From Vulcanimicrobiota bacterium (lineage in GTDB: Bacteria > Vulcanimicrobiota > Vulcanimicrobiia > Vulcanimicrobiales > Vulcanimicrobiaceae), in contig CAWAXX010000022.1 in assembly GCA_963786105.1 (NCBI GenBank), forward strand, positions 1-35,438: a DNA stretch of 35,438 bases, written 5' to 3'. Numbering within the stretch: the stretch's first letter is position 1; each line of letters begins with the position of its first letter. This document shows, one piece after another, positions 28,795-35,438 of the stretch. The notes beneath the pieces were generated by a model. The model was not told the origin of the DNA and searched no databases. It saw only the letters and a list, made by a program, of their open reading frames with translations. The position numbers and the translations under genes were made by a program.

Positions 28795-28824
28795 TTTGAG
28801 AACGGTTTGCAAAATCATTTATCA
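28795..28824. promoter_or_regulatory. Zur/Fur-box-like operator
   Basis: Imperfect palindrome TTTGAGAAC-G-GTTTGCAAA (28795-28813) plus overlapping TGCAAAATCATTTATCA, an AT-rich patch just upstream of the Fur gene. Confidence 0.65.
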
Positions 28825-29497
28825 GGCGGAGGGGAAGGGTAGGGCGACGGCGTCGGGGTCGCCGGCACCGGCACGGGAGTCGGGCAGCCCGCGACCGCTT
28901 GCTTTGCCTGGTCGGTGACCTGATCGCGCCAGTAGGCCGAGGTTTCCGGATACGCCGGCAGCGTGAGGCCGACGGCGGCGGCGCGCGTCTGGACCTTGGG
29001 AATGATCTCGGCGATCGAGCCGGCACCGTGCCGTTGTTATCGTTGACGGTGGCGGCGAGGGCGAGCCAGGCTTGAGCGAGCATCGCCGCCGGCAAGGCCT
29101 TTGCGGCCGGCGGGCACGAGGCGTTCAGCTTGACCGCGATGTCGGATTGCAGCGCCAGCGCCCAGGCCACCGTCGCGTTGAGCTGCGCGAAAAGCGGCGC
29201 CTTGTCGGCCTCGGTCGAGCAGAAGCTGTCGAGGACGCCGTGCTCTTCGTTGAGCCCCGAAAGGATGTCGGCAATGTCGCCCAGCCGGGCGTTCAAATCG
29301 GCCGGATTGCTCCGCGGCGGGTGCGCGTCGTACTTGCGGATCTGGCCCTGGTAGTCGTTGATCATTCGCGAATTGCACCGGTTTGCGACCGCAATCGCAC
29401 TCCCAGAAGGCCCTCCGGCACGATCCGCCGATGCCACCGTCGGCCCGACGAGCACGATCATAACGGCGCTCAAAAAGACGCCGGCAAAGCTTTTCAC
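28815..29497 (-). CDS. secreted hypothetical protein (frameshift near 29018)
   Basis: Signal peptide (VKSFAGVFLSAVMIVLVGPTVASA); after the shift reads SIAEIIPKVQTRAAAVGL...YWRDQ...PTPSPYPSPPPDK-stop at 28815. Confidence 0.65.
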
Positions 29498-29508
29498 GAC
29501 TATCACGG

Positions 29509-29538
29509 TTGAAAGGTGCCCACCCTTGCACGTACAAT
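29509..29538 (+). promoter_or_regulatory. sigma70-type promoter of tRNA-Ala
   Basis: TTGAAA-N18-TACAAT, 18 bp upstream of the tRNA. Confidence 0.65.
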
Positions 29539-29556
29539 CCTCTGACGCCGACCCGT

Positions 29557-29629
29557 GGGGATGTAGCTCAGCTGGTAGAGCACTTGCTTCGCATGTAAGG
29601 GGTCCGGGGTTCGAGTCCCCGCATCTCCA
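29557..29629 (+). tRNA. tRNA-Ala (anticodon CGC), CCA not encoded
   Basis: GGGGATG/CATCTCC acceptor stem with G3:U70, D arm GCTC/GAGC, anticodon arm CTTGC-TTCGCAT-GTAAG, GTTCGAG T loop; 73 nt. Confidence 0.96.
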
Positions 29630-29637
29630 CAAGCTCG

Positions 29638-29679
29638 GAAACCCGCATGAACACTAGCGTTTGCGCGGGTTTCTTCTTT
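29638..29679 (+). terminator. intrinsic terminator after tRNA
   Basis: GAAACCCGC...GCGGGTTTC stem followed by TTCTTT. Confidence 0.65.
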
Positions 29680-30404
29680 ACTCAACGCGATGCGATTCGG
29701 CCGAGTGTAGCATATTTTGTAGCTTGAGGTTGTTCGAGCGCGGAAAAGGCCCGTATAAGGTGGGCGCCCCAAAGACCTCGGATAGGCAGATCTGCCTCAT
29801 CTAGGCGTGAGGATTGTCGCCGGTGGAGCGCCTCGATCATGCCGGGCACTACGCTGAGTCTCCAGGCGCTGCGGGGACGCCATGACGGCAGCGTTGGGTT
29901 TACGCTGAGCGCCTGGCCCCTGAGGGAAATACACGAAGCGGCCTGACAAAAACCTACGCGCAAGAATAGCGTGGTTATGGGCTTTCTGTGGCGGCGCAAA
30001 CGAGGAATCCACGGTTTAAGCACGGTCGCAACTGGTCGCCACGGTCAAGAAGGCGCGTAAAAACGGGGCGCTTTCGCCTTGAGCCTCGGTCGCCATAGGA
30101 CGCCGGCGGTTGCCATCGACGGCAACCGTTTGGCAACCGCGAACGCACATCCAAAATTCAGCCACTTCACCACTCGGGCGCGTGGACGGTGTTAACCTCG
30201 TCCGCATGCCCGGAACGCGCCCTTGAGCCGCGCAAGCTGCCGTAAATGCGCGGCGACTGACCGCGCGCGAAAGGCTCTCCGCAACCAGCGAGCGGATCGC
30301 TCCGGTGCTACGCCGTGACCTGCAAAAAGAGGGGTCCGCCAATTTAGTGGTTGAGATGAGCTCGATCGCTAGCAAAAACCCCAGTGCCGACAACCCACGA
30401 AACA

Positions 30405-31429
30405 TGTTTGCGCGTTGCGCGCGGCAATTCTCCATCGAAAACTCGGCCTAGCACCGTTATTGCCAGCGTGTTGGCTGCATCACACCTGTTGCGGCACGCA
30501 AATATGGGTCCCTAGCTACCCCTGCCGGCGGGTCCCCCAAAGGCTCAGCACGGCGCACGATTTCCCGGTAATTGTTTGCGCGTTGCGCGCGGCAATTCTC
30601 CATCGAAAACTCGGCCTAGCACCGTTATTGCCAGCGTGTTGGCTGCATCACACCTGTTGCGGCACGCAAATATGGGTCCCTAGCTACCCCTGCCGGCGGG
30701 TCCCCCAAAGGCTCAGCACGGCGCACGATTTCCCGGTAATTGTTTGCGCGTTGCGCGCGGCAATTCTCCATCGAAAACTCGGCCTAGCACCGTTATTGCC
30801 AGCGTGTTGGCTGCATCACACCTGTTGCGGCACGCAAATATGGGTCCCTAGCTACCCCTGCCGGCGGGTCCCCCAAAGGCTCAGCACGGCGCACGATTTC
30901 CCGGTAATTGTTCGCGCGTTGCGCGCGGCAATTCTCCATCGAAAACTCGGCCTAGCACCGTTATTGCCAGCGTGTTGGCTGCATCACACCTGTTGCGGCA
31001 CGCAAATATGGGTCCCTAGCTACCCCTGCCGGCGGGTCCCCCAAAGGCTCAGCACGGCGCACGATTTCCCGGTAATTGTTTGCGCGTTGCGCGCGGCAAT
31101 TCTCCATCGAAAACTCGGCCTAGCACCGTTATTGCCAGCGTGTTGGCTGCATCACACCTGTTGCGGCACGCAAATATGGGTCCCTAGCTACCCCTGCCGG
31201 CGGGTCCCCCAAAGGCTCAGCACGGCGCACGATTTCCCGGTAATTGTTTGCGCGTTGCGCGCGGCAATTCTCCATCGAAAACTCGGCCTAGCACCGTTAT
31301 TGCCAGCGTGTTGGCTGCATCACACCTGTTGCGGCACGCAAATATGGGTCCCTAGCTACCCCTGCCGGCGGGTCCCCCAAAGGCTCAGCACGGCGCACGA
31401 TTTCCCGGTAATGTTTGCGCGTTGCGCGC
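30405..31429. repeat. tandem array of 168-bp units (six copies plus 18 bp of a seventh, which continues as a diverged unit to ~31581)
   Basis: Units start at 30405, 30573, 30741, 30909, 31077, 31245 and 31412; the only differences I see are T>C at 30913 and one missing T at the last junction. Confidence 0.96.
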
Positions 31430-31845
31430 ACCGATTTTCGCGCGAGAGAGTGGCTATTCGATCGATCCGAGCGTTAACGTGTCTCGATCCGTACGTGCGC
31501 ACGCGCATGCCGAGGAGGGGGTCCTAACGAGGGGTGCCGGTGGGGTCCACAACCGGACACCGGGCGCGATTTTCCGCTAGTGCGGATATGGCAAAAGGGC
31601 TTGCCGAGTCGCTTTCAAAGTCAGGAGACTGCCTCGTGCTCGCAGGTACTTGGTATCCTCGACCTTCAATAAGGTCGTAAGTCATCGAATCATTCGATTC
31701 CCAAGTTGGGGACGAGGCTTAGGAACGTGCTCATCGACATTCGTGACAAAAGACATTCCTGATAATGTTAGAAGAAGTCGATTAATGATCTGCGGATCTG
31801 CGGCGACGCTGTTTGTCTTGTGACAACGAGGATAGCGATCAACCC

Positions 31846-33252
31846 ATGTCTGCCGGAAACGCTAATATTCCTCCTGAGTTGCTCAACGCCGCCGCTCAGG
31901 CGCGCGGTCAGATTGTACTCGTTGTCGGGGCAGGGTGTTCGTGCATGGCACCAACTAACGTTCCTATGGCCAAGAAATGTGCGGAGACGCGTATCGAATG
32001 CTCATCGAGGATGGCATTTGTCCATGACGGCGAGTGCTTGAATCCGATGAACTTATCCGAGCTAGCTGATGTAGTATTTGCTTCTCAGAGGCAACGGCAG
32101 ACGGAACTGATCAAGCGATTGCCTCTCGACAAGTTCAAGCGCGCCCGTGCGAACAAGGGGCACATGATCGCTGCTGCACTTCTCCGAGAGGGCGTTATAT
32201 CATCGATCCTATGTCTCAACTTCGATCTTGCTTTTGAAGATGCGTTAACGGCCCTATCTGCCATTGACGTGCGCTCGATTGGCGGTCCGGAGGACGTTTC
32301 AAATCTCGCCGCGCACAACGTGGTCTACATTCACCGGAATGTCAATGAGGCCGACTTTCTGACTTTGGATTGTCCGTGCCACAGCTCTTGCTCAGGAATG
32401 GCGTGGCCGTTGGGAAGCTCTAATTGCTCAGGTCATCATGATGAGGCCATTTATCGTCTTCGTGGGACTAGGTAGCCCAGCAGGCGTCTTAGTGGAGACA
32501 GTTCGGGCTATTCGGGCAGCGCTGGAGCTTTTGCGGCATGGCCCTTCAAGTTGATCCTGGCGATCAGCCAGAAAATCGGTTCTTTGCCGCCTTGGATTTA
32601 GCTTGTGACGCTTACATTCAGCTCGGTTGGATCGAGTTTATGAAGACGCTAAGTCGAAGGGTATGTGCAGAGCAGCTGCACAACTTGCCGAGGTCTGTGA
32701 AGTTGCTATTCGGGAAGACGCGCTAGCCATTAGCAATGTAGATAGTGCGATAGCGCAAATGCGTGATGAACTGGATATCGTCGGGTTAGGGAGAGCTTCA
32801 GGGCTGCCTTGGCTCCTGGATGACCAAGCCTACGTTCCTAAAACTTCTGCGCCCATCGGCTGAATCGCTCCATTACTGATCTGCGCAGAGACCATTAAAC
32901 AACGAGCAAACGCTGAGCGTCTGGTGATCGACGCAGGTTTGATAGGATATGTAGACGAGTCAGAAGCAGTTGTTTTGTCAACGCTCATGGTTGCAGCAGC
33001 GCCAAGAAGTTGGGCCGCGATCGAGCCGATTATTCTGGGTCGACGTTCTGACGTCGCAGGATGAGATTCTCCCGCGGTATCCGATCGTATCGGGTGCAAC
33101 GGGATCTCGGCTGGAAAAATTTAGCCACGCCCGCGGACGTCACACGCGAAGAGCCGCATCCCGATAATATCATCGACGCCGGACTGTGCTTCGCGCTGCT
33201 TGATGCGCACGAAGTCAATATGAATCCCGCGATTCTGGATAGATATCTATGA
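31846..33252 (+). CDS. SIR2-like domain effector with C-terminal domain (multiple frameshifts)
   Basis: LVVGAGCS, CLNFD, VYIHRN; in the next frame EWRGRWE...IVFVGLGSPA; further fragments chain to ...PAILDRYL-stop, which overlaps the next ATG. Confidence 0.72.
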
Positions 33253-33833
33253 GTGAGCAGTCAATGAGCTTACTTTCCGCAAATGATTTGGCACTTGCCT
33301 GTCGCGAAATCCTTCTGGACAACAAGTATACGGAGCATTCTTCTATAGATCTCGACGGCGCCCGCCTGTTTGAAAATGCGTACAACGTCGTAACCGTTGC
33401 TTCGTTCGAAACATGGGGCGATTACCGCGAATTGGACGGAATATCAAGCATTGGCTTCAGAAGCGATGACGAAGCAGTTAAAGCGAGATGACCCTAAGAC
33501 TTGGGACGGCTATCTCGTCCTCATGACCCCGAATCCAATTCCTTTGGATGGATTGGCAACCGCAGATCTGATTCGTTCTAATATTTCGCGACTCCGTAAG
33601 CTGTTGGGTACCGGCGATGATATTAAGACACTGTCAGACGTAAGGAAGACGCTCCTGCCGTTGCTGCCGATCGATGTCACGGACCTGGCCAAGGAGGTCG
33701 GCGGTCTAGATGCGTTGCCTCGATTTCTTGAGCGATATGAAATACCCAAAGAAGCTACCGCAGTCATTGTGGCTGCATTAGGAAGCAGGAGCCCTTGCTT
33801 CCCCGACTTCATGAATACAGGAGCTCGTCGTGA
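33249..33833 (+). CDS. ABC three-component system middle component-like protein (LmuC-like; frameshifts near 33425 and 33780)
   Basis: KTWDGYLVL...IRSNISRLRKL resembles the W-x-x-Y-L-V...RK pattern I recall for ABC-3C MC1; ATGA/GTGA coupling at both ends once the frame is restored (RKQEPLLPRLHEYRSSS-stop). Confidence 0.62.
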
Positions 33834-35438
33834 GACTGCGCAGGATTACGATTAGCGGATTCCGCGCTTGGGCAAGGTCGGAGACCTTCGACCTCGATGC
33901 GGACGCGGTTATTGTGATAGGTCCGAACAGTAAGGGCAAAACTTCACTATTCGACGCCATACTGTGGTCGCTTACAGGCTCGATACCACGGCTTCGAAGT
34001 GATGCCTCCGTTGTTTCTATGTACAATGATAGCGGTCAAGCTTCGGTGACTATCGAGTTGGGTAATGGCACATCAGCTCTCAGTATTTCGCGATTATTTG
34101 ACGGAGAAGAGCAGCGAGTAAGGGTTTCCTCGGGGGATCGCTCCTACGACGGACTAGCGGCGGAGAGTCATCTGTTAGAAAGGCTTTGGCCGGTTGCCTT
34201 GACAGCGCCAAGCCCTCGAGATGCTATGGTAGCCGCCTTTACTAATTGCATATATTTACAACAAGATTTGGTACGCGACTTTATCGAAGATGCGGACGGA
34301 AAAGCTCGGTATAGTGCCGTAAGCGAAATCATCGGTACCGGTCGAATAACCGAGTTGCAGCTCCAGCTAGACAGAGCGAAGACACAGTCGACCAAGGCAA
34401 CAAACAGCAGGTACGAGGAGTCTGCCGACGTTCGTCGTCGTCTGCGAGGCGTCGAGGGCCCGCTCAAGTCTATTCGGACGGCAAGAGTTGACGCAAAAGA
34501 GCTAGGCGAAACCTGGAATCGTTGGTGGTCTGATTCCCAAAAAGTGATCGACCTGAAACCCGATATTGAGCCCTCGTCTACTCGAGCTGCAAGCACGCTT
34601 GATCGAGCGCTGAAAGAGCTCCAGGCTCGCCATCTCGCGATTGGAAGAGAAGAAAGTCAACTCGTGGAGTTACAGCAGCTTCTGGCTACCTCCCCTGCAG
34701 GTCAGATCGATGGTACATCGGAAGCCGACGTTCGTGCTGAACTGAGCGTGATCGAACGTCGTATCGCAGAGCTACGCATTGCCCTCGATACTTCCCACGC
34801 AACAGAAAGAAGCCGCCAAGAAGCTGAACGTGCCATGGCGGAGGCTCGCAGCGAGGTGGCTGCACTTGCTTCGCTAGCTTTGAAGCATCTCGATAGGCGC
34901 TGTCCCGTGTGCGATCAGGAATACGATAAAACAAGCACGCGCAAGCGACTCCAAGCGGCCATCAAGAAAGCCGGGCTTCCCATAGACCGTGAGCTGGGAG
35001 CATCGCTAAAGCTCAAGCAGCTCTCGTCAGAGCTGAGAGATTGGAGAACCGAAGAGTTGAGGTGGCGTCAGAGCTACGCTCATCGGCCGAACGAGCCGAA
35101 CGAATACGGGCTTGGGAAAGCGAAGTGTCTCAACGTCTGCAGAGGTTTAAGTTGGCATTTACGGATCACACCGCCTCGGATGTTGGCGCCCTGCTATCCG
35201 CTAGTCGCAAAGAGGGCAGCCTGGTCGACAATCTTCTTGATAGAGGCGAAGAACTGGCCATGCGGATACCGTTCGCATCGGAGTCGCAACGCCGCAATGA
35301 GTTGACTACCGAACGTGCGTTATTGGCCAATCAAGTAAAGAAAGCAGAAGCAGATCGGACCGAACGGACGATGACGGGTGAGCTTGCAGGCGAGGTCCAG
35401 GCGCTTCGACGCGCTTCGTATGACCTCGTCGCGGAGCA
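33830..35438 (+). CDS. Rad50/SbcC/SMC-like ABC ATPase (LmuB-like), truncated by window end; frameshift near 35040
   Basis: ITISGFRA, Walker A GPNSKGKTS, Q-loop YLQQD, coiled coils, zinc hook CPVC; after the shift an open coiled-coil frame (LENRRVEVASELR...YDLVAE) reaches the window end. Confidence 0.85.

Larger units (their letters stand above)
29630..35438. mobile_element. probable tRNA-Ala-anchored genomic (defence) island, left part
   Basis: Starts at a tRNA 3' end; long non-coding stretch; visibly more A/T-ending codons in 31846-35438; defence-type cargo. No integrase or second att copy in the window. Confidence 0.65.

Noticed and set aside
28388..29632. 414-aa fusion of a secreted domain to Fur
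   Set aside because: Artefact of a frameshift near 29018; the corrected upstream gene stops at 28815, and the tracked start lies antisense within the tRNA
29682..30435. Short ORFs after the tRNA as integrase remnants
   Set aside because: No tyrosine or serine recombinase motifs recognisable in any tracked frame
30405..31429. CRISPR array with an 18-bp palindromic repeat TGTTTGCGCGTTGCGCGC
   Set aside because: The intervening ~150-bp segments are identical rather than unique and far too long; no cas genes in the window
31519..31525. GGGTCCT identical to lambda cosQ, suggesting a packaging site
   Set aside because: Only a 7-mer, also present near 12418 and 12772 in ordinary chromosome; no terminase or phage genes visible
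30415..31527. 370-aa ORF with 56-aa Cys/His-rich repeats
   Set aside because: Open only because 168 is divisible by 3 and one frame lacks stops; TTG start inside the repeat, no RBS, no recognisable motif. Not formally excluded
33830..35438. Housekeeping sbcC or Wadjet jetC
   Set aside because: No sbcD upstream and no recognisable jetA/jetB; atypical composition and coupling to a SIR2-like gene favour ABC-3C/Lamassu

Overview
Bases 1-29.6 kb are GC-rich bacterial chromosome. The gene style suggests a soil lineage such as Eremiobacterota, which is only an impression. This part holds: a PhaQ-like PadR/MBL-hydrolase/GNAT unit; a DUF1800-DUF1501 pair; a leucine-catabolism cluster (liuB, liuC, liuD, liuE) split by three opposite-strand genes; CPBP protease, beta-propeller lipoprotein, amidohydrolase, PLC-like and GT4 genes; purE-purK; GH5 plus SDR; a YecA/SEC-C gene; and a Fur-family-led metal ABC operon with a Zur-like box. 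Six full copies (plus partials) of a ~41-46 bp REP-like element are dispersed through it. After tRNA-Ala(CGC) at 29557-29629 lies a probable genomic island. It begins with ~2.2 kb of non-coding DNA containing six near-identical 168-bp tandem units plus a diverged seventh that keeps the same two predicted stems (candidate structured-RNA array). This is followed by a visibly AT-richer, translationally coupled SIR2-like effector / ABC-3C middle component / Rad50-SbcC-like ATPase operon (Lamassu-like defence system) that runs off the window. Single-base frameshifts become frequent from ~20 kb onward and most likely reflect assembly indels. All family calls are from motif recognition; no searches were run.
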